Below are positions 12,900 to 25,087 of a DNA stretch of 64,000 nt, in pieces. Positions within the stretch are counted from its first letter, which is position 1, and each line of letters begins with the position of its first letter. The DNA lies in assembly GCF_006345805.1 (NCBI RefSeq), contig NC_043025.1, positions 8,494,001 to 8,558,000 of the forward strand, written 5' to 3'. Source of the DNA: Octopus sinensis (Eukaryota). The notes under the pieces are model-generated. The model saw only the letters and a list, made by a program, of their open reading frames with translations, did not search any database and was not told where the DNA came from. The translations under genes were made by a program, and so were the position numbers.

Positions 12900-13756
12900 T
12901 TAAGCTTGAGTTAGGAACGTAAATTGTGACTAAGGTTTGGTGGAAGATTTTAATTCAGAACTTTTGAAAACAAGACATTTGTACTACAGAGCCAGAGACG
13001 GTTTCAGCCAGGTTGGCATCGAAAGGGTTAAAAATATCACGGTGACTTTAACCCCTTTTGTTACCATATTTCTGTTGAGATGCTCTGTGTTTCTTTCAAT
13101 TACTTTAAATATAACAAAGAATTTAGTAAAATAACTTAGTTATCATTAAGCTAGTGTTAGGAACATAAATTGTGACTAAGGTTTAGTGGAAGATTTTAAT
13201 TCAAAACTTATGAAAACAAGACATTTGTACTACAGAACCAGAGCTGGTTTCAACCAGGTTGGTATCGAAAGGGTTAAAAATATCATGGTGACTTTAACCC
13301 TTTTGTTTCCATATTTCTGTTGAGATGTTCTGTGTTTCTTTCAATTAATTTTAAATATAACAAAGAATTTAGTGAAATAACTTAGTTATCATTCAGCTAG
13401 TGTTAGGAACATAAATTGTGACTAAGGTTTGGTGGAAGATTTTAATTCAGAACTTATGAAAACAAGACATTTTGTACTAGAGCCAGGGGCAGTTTCAGGA
13501 AGGTTGATAACAAATGATTTAAGTTATATGGTATGGTCACATAATCAACAATCATACAGTATACTCAATGTCTTTATAATTAAGGACCATTCTGACGATA
13601 GGATGGGCAGGTGTGGCTCTGTGGTTAAGAAGCCTGCCTTCTCAACTGAGTGGTTTTGGGTTCAATCTCAGCATTTGGCAATCAGGGTCAAGGGAGAGTA
13701 GGGGCTGAGGAGTCAGGGGGTTGGAAGTGAAAAGGGGTTCCTGAGGCTGTACTGAC

Positions 13757-13884
13757 CTTTACCTGTCCTCGACACTGACCACCAAAATCCATGATGTTGT
13801 ACCAGCCACAGAGCTGGTGTAACCCGGAGACAAGTGGCACAAGGTCGACAGATATGTACCCAATGACCTGGTCACACGATTTAC
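13757..13884 (-). CDS. C2CD3: C2CD3 exon 15, SKSCDQVIGYISVDLVPLVSGLHQLCGWYNIMDFGGQCRGQVK
   Basis: Diagnostic VIG..SVDL.PL.SG...CGWYNI.DF.G.C.GQ.K motif; tttcag / gtcagt; phase 1 to 0. Confidence 0.95.
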
Positions 13885-14956
13885 CTGAAAGAAGAGCCAA
13901 AACACAGGAAGTACTTTCAACAGGTGAGAAATTACATAAGAAACATGTAAATAAAATAAAATGACAAAAACAAGGAAAAAATTTTAAAAAGACAAAAAAG
14001 AAAAATTGCCTCCCAAATGAGAGAAATTCCTAAAGATTATTCATGGAAACCCTTAAAAACTATGGTCACCCTGACCCTTAACCCTTTAGCATACAGATTA
14101 CTTTGTGAAATGCAATGCTTATTTATTCACAGTTTCAAATTCATCATACACACATATCTATACAACAGGCTTCAACACAGTTTCCATCTATCAAATTCAC
14201 TCACAAAACATTGGTTGACCCAGGGTTATAAAATAAAAACCCTTGCTCAAAGTACCTCCCTGCAGTGGGATTGAACCCGAGACGGCATTGTTGCAAAGTA
14301 AGCTTCTTAACCCCACTGCCATGCCAGCACCTATATTTACTTCCTATCATACATTATCTCGTAGCTTTGAGATTTCAATGATGATGATGATCATCATCAT
14401 CGTTTAACATCCACTTTCCATGCTGGCATGGGTTGGATGATTTTGACTGAGGACTGGCAAACCAGAAGGCTGCACCACGCTCCAGTCTGATCTGGCAGTA
14501 TTTCTACAGCTGGATGCCCTTCCTAATGCCAACCACTCCGAGAGTGTAGTGGGTGCTTTTATGTGCCACCGGCACGACGGCCAGTCAGGAGGTACTGGCA
14601 ACGACCTCGCTCGAAATGGTGTTTTTTACATGCCACCTGCACAGGAGCCAGTCCAGCGGCACTGGCAATGACCTCAATCGAATGTTTTTTGAGGTGATTG
14701 TTTATTTTTAGAGTGACATAGTTGGGTAGGTGCGAGAGGCTGGATCTGGTCAGTTTGAGCACAAAAACCAAAAAAAAATTTGGGACCCATATGGCCTGTT
14801 TAAATGGTAAAGAATCAAGGGATAGCTTCGTCTTGACCCATTTCAGGGTGAGTCCGGACACCTCATCAGTTCTGCACTTGGTAATCTCATCCAAACCAAA
14901 CACTGAGCTGTTTAACTGGTCTACTTGGTCGAACAAGCCTGGCATATAAACATACC

Positions 14957-16605
14957 TATTTCTTTACTACCCACAAGGGGCTAAACACAGAGGGGACAAA
15001 CAAGGACAGACAGACGGATTAAGTCGATTATATCGACCCAAGTGCGTAACTGGTACTTATTTAATCTACCCCGAAAGGATGAAAGGCAAAGTCAACCTCG
15101 CGGAATTTGAACTCAGAACGTAACGGCAGACGAAATACCTATTTCTTTACTACCCACAAGGGGCTAAACATAGAGGGGACAAACAAGGCCAGATTTACGT
15201 ATTAATTCGATTACATCGACCCCGAAAGGATGAAAGGCAAAGTCGACCTCGGCGGAATTTGAACTCAGAACGTAAAGACAGATGAAATACCTATTTCTTT
15301 ACTACCCACAAGGGGATAAACACAGAGAGGACAAACAAGGCCAGACTTACGTATTAATTCGATTACATCGACCGCAGTGCGTAGCTGGTACTTATTTAAT
15401 CGACCCCGAAAGGATGAAAGGCAAAGTCTACCTTGGCGGAATTTGAACTCAGAACGTAAAGACAGATGAAATACCTATTTCTTTACTACCCACAAGGGGC
15501 TAAACATAGAAGGGACAAACAAGGCCAGACTTACGTATTAATTCGATTACATCGACCGCAGTGCGTAACTGGTACTTATTTAAGCAACCCCAAAAGGATG
15601 AAAGGCAAAGTCGACCTCGGTGGAATTTGAACTCAGAACGTAACGGCAGACGTAATACCTATTTCTATTTCTTTACTACCCACAGGGGCTAAACACAGAG
15701 GGGACAAACAAGGACAGACAGACGGATTAAGTCGATTATATCGACCCAGTGCGTAACTGGTACTTATTTAATCTACCCCGAAAGGATGAAAGGCAAAGTC
15801 AACCTCGCGGAATTTGAACTCAGAACGTAACGGCAGACGAAATACCTATTTCTTTACTACCCACAAGGGGCTAAACATAGAGGGGACAAACAAGGCCAGA
15901 TTTACGTATTAATTCGATTACATCGACCCCGAAAGGATGAAAGGCAAAGTCGACCTCGGCGGAATTTGAACTCAGAACGTAAAGACAGATGAAATACCTA
16001 TTTCTTTACTACCCACAAGGGGATAAACACAGAGAGGACAAACAAGGCCAGACTTACGTATTAATTCGATTACATCGACCGCAGTGCGTAGCTGGTACTT
16101 ATTTAATCGACCCCGAAAGGATGAAAGGCAAAGTCTACCTTGGCGGAATTTGAACTCAGAACGTAAAGACAGATGAAATACCTATTTCTTTACTACCCAC
16201 AAGGGGCTAAACATAGAAGGGACAAACAAGGCCAGACTTACGTATTAATTCGATTACATCGACCGCAGTGCGTAACTGGTACTTATTTAAGCAACCCCAA
16301 AAGGATGAAAGGCAAAGTCGACCTCGGTGGAATTTGAACTCAGAACGTAACGGCAGACGTAATACCTATTTCTATTTCTTTACTACCCACAAGGGGATAA
16401 ATACAGAGAGGACAAACAAGGCCAGACTTACGTATTAATTCGATTACATCGACCGCAGTGCGTAACTGGTACTTATTTAATCGACCCCGAAAGGATGAAA
16501 GGTAAAGTTGACCTCGGCGGAATTTGAACTCAGAAAAGTAGCGGCAGACGAAATACTGCTAAGCATTTCGCCCAGAGTGCTAACGATTCTGCCAGCTCGC
16601 CGCCC
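14957..16605 (-). mobile_element. Tandem array (9 body units, one head) of a Deu/Nin-domain-like SINE, 13-bp TSD
   Basis: Unit carries gcctttcatcctttcggggtcgat..aagtaccag; TSD ATATAAACATACC at 14944-14956 and 16607-16619. Confidence 0.85.
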
Positions 16606-16679
16606 TATATAAACATACCACCCAAACCAGGCAATTCCCTCCTGTGCTTCTCCTAGCCATCATGAAGAGGGTCGTAAGC

Positions 16680-18090
16680 GTAACTCACATTGTTAGAGCT
16701 TGTGAAAGTCTTGTGCAGAAAGAGTACAAGCAGAGGTATGACAAATAAGTTCAAAACCTTCACTGGGTACTATGCCAGAAGTATGGATACAAGGTAATAG
16801 GTGCTTGGTAATCTCTCTCTCTCTCCTAGCACTCCGTCGGTTACGACGATGAGAGTTCTGGTTGATCCGAATCAACGGAACAGCCTAATCGTGAAATTAA
16901 CATGTAAGTGGCTAAGCACTCCACAGACACGTGCACCCTTAACGTAGTTCTCGGGGATATTCAGCGTGACACAGAGAGTGACAAGACCGGCCCTTTGAAA
17001 TACAGGTACAACAGAAACAGGAAGAAAGAGTGAGAGAAAGTTGTGGCGAAAGAGTACAGCAGGGATCACCACCATCCCCTGCCGGCACCTCGTGGAGCTT
17101 TTAGGTGTTTTCGCTCAATAAACACTCACAACGCCCAGTCTGGGAATCGAAACCGCAATCCTATGACCGCGAGTCCGCTGCCCTAACCACTGGGCCATTG
17201 CGCCTCCACTGCTTGGTAATAACATACACCGGAAAAGGTAATGGATGAAAAGGGGAAAGCAAAAATACTCTGGGACTTTGATTTCCAGACAAACAAGATG
17301 TTAGAGCACCAAAGGCTGGATATAGTAACCGTTAGGAGGGACAAACAAGAAATCCTAATAATTGACGTGGCAGTGCCAGGAGATTAACATATGATTGTTA
17401 AAGAAAGAGAAAAGACTGATAAATATGGAGTCCTGAGAACTGAGAACGCTAAAATGTGTGGTAGCTGAGAGTCAAACATAAAGGTTGTCCCTCTTGTCAT
17501 AGAAGCATTGGATTCAATACCTATTTCTTTACTGCCCACAAAGGGCTAAACACAGAGAGGACAAACAAGGACAGACAGACGGATTAAGTCGATTATATCG
17601 ACCCCAGTGCGTAACTGGTACTTATTTAATCGACTCCGAAAGGATGAAAGGCAAAGTCTACCTCGGCGGAATTTGAACTCACAACGTTGCGCCAGACGAA
17701 ATACCTATTTCTTTACTGTCCACAAGGGGGCTAAACACAGAGAGGACAAACAGGTTAAGTTGATTACATCAACCCCAGTGCGCAATTGGTACTTAATTTA
17801 TTGACCCCGAAAGGATGAAAGGCAAAGTCGACCTCGGCGGAATTTGAACTCAGAACGTAACAACAGACGAAATACGGGTACGCATTTCGCCCGGCGTGCT
17901 AACGTTTCTGCCAGCTCGCCGCCTTGGGTTCAATACCTCCCAACCTGAAGAAGTATCTGGGAACTTTAGAAATACCCTATATTCTAGGTGTGTTGAAAAA
18001 GTCGGCATTACTTGGAACTGCATAAAGTACTGGTCTGTCTGGGGTCTTTGTTAAGACTTGACAAACAGTGCAAAGCCCCGGCAGACACAA
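16680..18090 (+). mobile_element. Degenerate RLE-type (R4/NeSL-like) LINE C-terminal fragment interrupted by two SINEs
   Basis: Translations KILWDFDFQTNKMLEHQRLDIV, ILIIDVAVPGD, VVPLVIEAL and LKKSALLGTA are typical of the restriction-like endonuclease region. Confidence 0.7.
16812..17209 (-). mobile_element. Third tRNA-derived SINE family, TSD GCTTGGTAAT
   Basis: Head gtggaggcgcaatggcccagtggttagggcagcggactc...ggtttcgattcc; (GA)n tail. Relatives at 4968-5243 (-, TSD accatctattt) and 45747-45915 (+). Confidence 0.8.
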
Positions 18091-18139
18091 TAGCTTCAAT
18101 GAACAACCTCACAATATTGGATACTGTGCAACGTCTTAA

Positions 18140-18605
18140 ATGGTGGTGGTGGTGACGGTTGTGGTGGTGGTGGTTGTGGTGAGGGCTGTGGTGGTGGTGG
18201 TTGTGGTGGTGGTTGTGGAGGTGGTGGTGGTGATGGTGGTGGTAGTGGTGATGGTAGTGGTTGTGGTGAGGGTTGTGGTGGTGGTGGTGGTTGTGGTGGT
18301 GGTGGTGGTTGTGGTGGTGGTTGTGGAGGTGGTGGTTGCGGTGGTGGTTGTGGTGGTGTTTGTGGTGGCAAATGTGGTGGTGGTGGTGATGGTAGTGGTT
18401 GTGGTGAGGGTTGTGGTGGTGGTGGTTGTGGTGGTGGTAGTTGTGGTGGTGGTTGTGGAGGTGGTTGTGGTGGTGGTAGTGGTTGTGGTGGTGGTGTTTG
18501 TGGTGGTGGTTGTGGTGGTGGTTGTGGTGGTGTTTGTGGTGGCAATTGTGGTGGTGGTGGTGGTGGTGGTGGTAGTGGTTGTGGTGGTGCTGGTGATGAT
18601 GATGA
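18140..18605. repeat. (GGT)n/GGTTGT cryptic microsatellite
   Basis: Visible simple repeat about 20 bp into the intron after the exon 14 donor. Confidence 0.95.
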
Positions 18606-18626
18606 CGGAGAAGAATTCTTTCTTAC

Positions 18627-18678
18627 TGATATCTTTGGAAGAGTTCTCTGGTTTATGCCAAACTTTGAAGACCAAGTT
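18627..18678 (-). CDS. C2CD3: C2CD3 exon 14, NLVFKVWHKPENSSKDI
   Basis: LVFKVWHK motif; tttcag / gtaaga; 52 bp, phase 0 to 1. Confidence 0.92.
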
Positions 18679-18691
18679 CTGAAATAATAAC

Positions 18692-18723
<32 letters not shown>

Positions 18724-19698
18724 AGAAAGAATCTGTAATATTGTCTGGTTCTGATATTAGGACCCTGTAACCCCAGGACCACAGACTTGTGGTCAAATTG
18801 TTGCCAACTCAACAGGTCCCTTCCCTTCAACTCAATTTCCTGAATGAGGCAAGGGAGTGGGGACAGCCAACAGGATCCTTCTCTCCTTTATTTGCTTCAA
18901 TCATTGGACTGTGGAAGGGTATCTTTTATTTCTTCACAAATGTAAATAAACCCAATCTGTTTCTTAAACGAGGGACATATTCATATGGCACAGAATGTTT
19001 TCACCTCAATAGACGTCATTGATTGGTTGAAATTTCAGAAATTAAAGAAAAAAAAACAACAAATATCTTACAAACTATAGAATTTTCTCAATAAAGCCAA
19101 GAGAAAAAGATGTTTTATAAACACACTCTACCAGTATACGAAGTTTAAAAGTGTTTAGTTAGGTGGAAATTATTTTTAAAAACTGCCGGTCAAACCGAAA
19201 AGATCCCTGTTTCTTAAACGAGGGACATATTCATATGGCACAGAATGTTTTCACCTCAATAGACGTCATTGATTGGTTGAAATTGCAGAAATTAAAGAAA
19301 AAAAAACAACAAATATCTTACAAACTATAGAATTTTCTCAATAAAGCCAAGAGAAAAAGATGTTTTATAAACACATTCTACCAGTATACGAAGTTTAAAA
19401 GTGTTTAGTTACGTGGAAATTATTTTAAAAAACTGCCGGTCAAACGGAAAAGATCCCAAAATGTCACTCAGCATTTCGCTCAGTGTGCCAACAATTCTGT
19501 CAGCTCACAGCCTTACTCATGTTTGTAAATTGCTGTGTTGCTCATGGAGTTTTCTGTATTACTATTTGACTCATTTCTCAGTGCTTAGAGCTAAGAGCCC
19601 CGGCTTCACAGCAAAATACAGCACTTTTTAACCCTAGGTCAGTCCACTCCAAACAGATATATGATCAAAGGATATCCAAGCATGACATTCATGTCTTC

Positions 19699-19913
19699 TT
19701 AACCCTTTAGCATTCAGATTAATCTGTCAAATGTAAAGCTTATGTATTCACACCATGTAAAATTAATCTTACATCATTTCATGGCTTTGAGATTTCAATG
19801 ATGTGATTGTTTATTTTTAAAAATGACACAATAAGGTAGCTATGAATGACCATATCTGACTAGTTTGAACATAAAACAGGTAGAATATTTTGGCCGGATA
19901 GGGCCGGTTTAAA
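19699..19913. mobile_element. TTAA piggyBac-like MITE, family 2 (ttaaccctttagcatt...aatgctaaagggttaa)
   Basis: Recurrent body at about 14078-14810, 24056-24160, 25090-25600, 46430-46525 and 48370-49250 (tandem, degenerate). Confidence 0.65.
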
Positions 19914-20950
19914 CATCATCATTGTTTAACATCTGCTTTCCATGGGGTTGGACGGTTCAACTGGGGTCTGGGAAGTCAGAAGGCTGCACCAGGCTCTGGT
20001 CTGATCTGGCAGTGTTTCTACAGCTGGATGCCCTTCCTAATGCCAACCACTCCATGGGTGTAGTGGGTGCTTTTTACATGCCACCGGCACAGGTGCCAAG
20101 CAAGGCTAGCAAGCGGCCACGATCGGATGGTGCTTTTTACATGCCACCGGCATGGAAGCCAGTCGGGGCGTCGCTGGCACAGCCACGTTCGGATGGTTCT
20201 CTTATGTGCCACCGGCACTGGTATCACAGCTACAATTTCCATTGATGTTGATTGATTTAAAAAGAAAAAAAAATGTATGTCACTAAAACTCCTTGTTTTT
20301 GAATGAAAATAGTTTTACTAATAATGGTCTTGTTGCATGAATTTGAATCATCATATCAATCATCATCATCATCATCATCATTTAACGTTTGCTGTCCATG
20401 CTTTGGACGATTTGACTGAGGTTTGGCGAACCAGATGGCTGCACCAGGCTCCAATCTTGATCTGGCAGAGTTTCTACAGCTGGATGCCCTTCCTAACGCC
20501 AACCACTCCAAGAGTGTAGTGGGTGCTTTTACGTGCCACCAGCACAAGTGCCAGACGAGGCTGGCAACGGCCACGATCGGATGGTGCTTTTTACGTGCCA
20601 GACGAGGCTGGCAAACGGCCACGATCGGATGGTGCTTTTTACGTGCCAGACAAGGCTGGCAACAATCACGATCGGATGGTGCTTTTTACATACCACCAGC
20701 ATGGAGGCCAGTCGGGGCGGCGTTAGCTACGGCCAAGTTCAGATGGTTCTCTTATGTGCCACCAGCACTGGTATCACAGCTACAAATTCCATTGATGTTG
20801 ATCGATTTCAACTTAGGGTTAAACATCTAGGACTACACCCTTAACTGTGCCCTTCCTTCAGTAAGATCATAGACTGGTGCAAGTTGAACGAATCTGAAAG
20901 TCAGGCAATAATATAAAAGACAGGGGCTGTGAACCGATCAGACATCTTAC

Positions 20951-21107
20951 CTTGTTCTCTTCATAGAGCAGGCGAGAGGTGAGCAGGGTGTCGACATCAA
21001 AGTCCCACACTGGACAGTCAGCATTGTGGACAACAGAGGTGGACACTGTCCGATTTTTGTAGCCACTTTGAAAGGAGACGTATGTGTTGGGCTTACAGAT
21101 CTTGCCA
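20951..21107 (-). CDS. C2CD3: C2CD3 exon 13, SGKICKPNTYVSFQ...CPVWDFDVDTLLTSRLLYEENK
   Basis: C2 motifs P..YVSF and PVW.F; tttcag / gtaaga; phase 2 to 0. Confidence 0.92.
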
Positions 21108-23764
21108 CTGAAAACACATTAATTTAGAGATAGAGAAAAACATTATGATAGGGTTAACATAGTAATCATCATCATCATCATCATCATACCTATTTCTCTA
21201 TTACCCACAAGGGGCTAAACACAGAGGGGACAAACAAGGACAGACACAGGTATTAAGTCGATTACATCGACCCCAGTGCGTAACTGGTACTTAATTTATT
21301 GACCTCGAAAGGATAAAAGGCAAAGTCAACCCCGGCGGAATTTGAACTCACAATGTAACGCAGACGAAATACTGCTAAGCATTTCACCCGGCGTGCTAAC
21401 GTTTCTGCCAGCTCGCCACCTCTCTCAAGAAGGACTTCAGTTTGATCATCATCATCAGTATCATCAACATTGTCATCATTATCACCATCATTATAATCAT
21501 CATCATCATTGTTTAACGTCCGCTTTCCATGCTAGCATGGGTTGGACGGTTTTGACTGAGGAATGGCGAACCAGATGGCTGCACCAGGCTCCAATCTGAT
21601 CTGACAGAGTTTCTACAGCTGGATGCCCTTCCTAACACCAACCACTCCGAGAGTGTAGTGGGTGCTTTTACATGCCACCGGCACGAGGGCCAGTCTGGCA
21701 GTACTGGCAACGACCTTGCTCAAATGTTTTGTTCACATGCCACCAGCACACATGCCAGTAAGGTGACGCTGGTAACGATGACGCTCAAATGGTGCTTTTT
21801 TACTTGCCCACCGGCACGGAAGCTAGACAGCAACTCTGGCAGTGATCCCACTCGGATGGAGCTGTTAGTGCTCCACTGGCACAGGTGCCAGTCATTGAAT
21901 TTGGTTCAATTTCGATTTCATAATTAATAATAATCAACATCGGTGAAACGTAAAAAGCACCATCCGATCGTGGCCGTTTGCCAGCCTCGCCTGGCACCTG
22001 TGCAGGTGGCACATAAAAAGCACCCACTACACTCATGGAGTGGTTGGCGTTAGGAAGGGCATCCAGCTGTAGAAACACTGTCAGATCAGACTGGAGCCTG
22101 GTGCAGCCTTCTGGCTTCCCAGACCCCAGTTGAACCGTCCAACCCATGCTAGCATGGAAAGCGGACGTTAAACGATGATGATGATGATGACGATGAGCTT
22201 CATCACACTACCACTATCATCATCACCATTATCATCATCATTTAATGTCTACTTTCCCATGCCTGCAGGGGTTGAACAGAAATCAATGAGGCAGATTTTC
22301 CGCAGTTGGATACCTTTCCTGTCCCCAGCCCTCACCTGTTTCCAAGCAGGGTAACATTTCCCCAGGGGCCAGACAAGTTCTGCAGCGGATACAGGAAACA
22401 AACGACATATCTCATATGTTGTATTACAACTACCATGCGATGTCAAGTCGAAGAGATTCCAAAACATACGCAGGCAGTGCCCCAGCATGGCTACAGCCTT
22501 AGGGCTGAAAAATGTAAAAGAATACACACACACAAACATATACACACATAGGGTGGCCAGAAGTCACTCAACAGTAAATCAAAGTTCCATAAACTGTATC
22601 TGTAATTCTGTATTCACTCGAATAGAAAAATGTGTCTCTCAAGAAGGACTTCAGTTTGAAGAATTTCCATGATGTGTCAGAATTAGATGCTTTTATTAAA
22701 TTTATTGCTTGCGAAGACCTGTTGAGGCAAGTGAAATCAATCAAAATCGATGACTGGCATCCGTGATAGCAGGGTGCAAAGAGCACCATACGAGTGTGAT
22801 CGTTGACAGAGCGGCTAACTGGCTTCTGTGCCAGTGGCACTTAAAAGGCACCATTCGAGCATGATCGTTACCAGAGTCGCCTTACTGGCACTTGTGCCCG
22901 TGCTAGTAGGGTGCCAAGAGCACCATCTGAGCGTGATCGTTGCCAGAGCAGCCAACTGGCTTCCATGCCAGTGGCATGTAAAAGGGCACCATTCGAGTGT
23001 GATTGTTACCAACGTCGCCTTACTGGCTCCTGTGCTGGTGGCATGAGTAAAACGATTCGAGCAAGGTCTTTGCCAGTACTGCCTGACTGGCCCCCGTGCT
23101 GGTGGCACATAAAAAGCACCCACTACACTCTCGAAGTGTTTGGCGTTAGGAAGGGCATCCAGCTGTAGAAACTCTGCCAAATCAAGATTGGAGCCTGGTG
23201 CAGCCATCTGGTCCGCCAGCCCTCAATCAAAATCATCCAACCCATGCTAGAATGGAAAGCGGACGTTAAACAATGATGATGATTAACCATAAATTCATAT
23301 TGTTTTAAATTAATCATCCATTATTTCATAGCTCTGAGATTTTGATAATGTGACTGGTTATTTTTAGGATGAAACCATAGGACAAACCTGGTCAGTTTGA
23401 ACACAAAACAGATAGAATAGTAGAAGAGGCTATAGTAGAAGATACTTGCCCAAGGTGCCATGCAGTGACACTGAACCCAGGACCATGTGGTAGTTGGAAA
23501 GCAAACTTCTTACCACACAGCCATGCCTGTACCCAAACACACACACATACACAACAGGCTTCTTTCAGTTTCCATCTACGAAATCCATTCACAAGGTTTT
23601 GATCAGCTTGATGCTATAGTAGAAGACATATGGCCAAGGTGCCATGCAGTGGGATTGAACCCAAAAACCATATCATCGGGAAGCAAATGTCTTAACCACA
23701 CAGCCACACTTGCAAAAAAACAAATTATGAAAATTGATGTCTAATGGTGGTCTTCATGCCTTAC

Positions 23765-24003
23765 CTGCTTTTGTTGGTTACATGTTTCAAATGCATGGCC
23801 TTCTCAACTGATATGTGGACCTCAAAGACTTCTAGGAAATTCTGGTGGTTTTTGCGGGGGTGGCCACAATGGCGATCAGTGCTGGTTTTCTCTGTAGGAA
23901 TGTCATTCCAGTCTGAGTCATCAGAGTCACTCTTGGAGTCAACAGCCATGATGGTAGATGCCTTTTTCGCTAAGTGGCGTTTTGTGCCGGGCAGCAAGTC
24001 CTT
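23765..24003 (-). CDS. C2CD3: C2CD3 exon 12, KDLLPG...VHISVEKAMHLKHVTNKS
   Basis: VEKAMHL starts the last C2 domain; cttcag / gtaagg; 239 bp, phase 0 to 2. Confidence 0.9.
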
Positions 24004-24229
24004 CTGAAGAGGCCAAAATTTGGAGGGAAGACAAGAAGAAAAAAAAGGAAGTAGATTAACTTTTTAGCATTCAGATTATTCTGTCAAAGGTAATCCTTAT
24101 TCATTCACATTGTTTTGAATTAATCCTGCATTATCTCAAAGCTCTGAGATTTTGATGAAATAATCGAGATCTCTGGAGATATGCTGTGACTGCAAAGACC
24201 CGGGCTGTTTCCTCCACCAGTTTCGCATA

Positions 24230-25087
24230 GCCCCTGCCCATTCAAAGTACCTTTGGATTTCAGAACGACCTGCTGTGCTTACCTTGGATTGTAAGGTGAC
24301 CTGCTGTGCTAGAGGAGACCTATTGAGTCAAGTACATCAATATCAGTATCAAAACGAATATCAAATGGAAATTGTAGTTACACGATACCTGTGCCGGCAG
24401 CACGTAAAAAGCACCATCCGAACATGGCCGATGCCAGCGCCACCTTGACTGGCTTCCGTGCTGGTGGCACATAAAAAGCACCATCCGAACATGGCTGATG
24501 CCAGCGTTGCCTTGACTGGCTTCCGTGCTGGTGGCATGTAAAAAGCACCATCCGAACATGGCTGATGCCAGCACCGCCCTGACTGGCTTCTGTGCCGGTG
24601 GCACATAAAAAGCACCATCCGAACATGGCTGATGCCAGCGCCACCATGACTGGCTTCCGTGCTGGTGGCACATAAGCACCATCCGAACATGGCCGATGCC
24701 AGCGTTGCCCTGACTGGCTTCTGTGCCGGTGGCACATAAAAAGCACCATCCGAACATGGCTGATGCCAGCGCCACCATGACTGGCTTCCATGCTGGTGGC
24801 ACATAAAAAGCACCATCCGAACATGGCCGATGCCAGCGCCGCCTTGACTGGCTTCTGTGCCGGTGGCATGTAAAAAGCACCAACCGCTGTCAGCCTCACA
24901 TGGCACGTAAAAAGCACCCACTACACTCATGGAGTGGTTGGCGTTAGGAAGGGCATCCAGCTGTAGAAACACTGCCAGATCAGACCGGAGCCTGGTGCAG
25001 CCTCCTGGCTTCCCAGACCCCGGTCAAACCGTCCAACCCGTGCTAGCATGGAAAACGGACGTTAAACGATGATGAGGATGATGATGA
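24230..25087 (+). mobile_element. RTE 3'-UTR copy with about 7 tandem 67-bp modules
   Basis: aaaaagcaccatccgaacatgg recurs every 67 bp between about 24400 and 24885; ends in the family tail ggacgttaaacgatgatg. Confidence 0.85.

Noticed and set aside
18096-18830. Poly-Pro/Thr/Val ORFs (extensin- or mucin-like)
   Set aside because: Translations of a (GGT)n microsatellite; the real exon ends at the 18626 donor.
24320-24972. Repetitive 180-200 aa ORFs, and similar MVLFTCHRH/DGAFYVPPA ORFs elsewhere
   Set aside because: Antisense translations of RTE 3'-UTR tandem modules.
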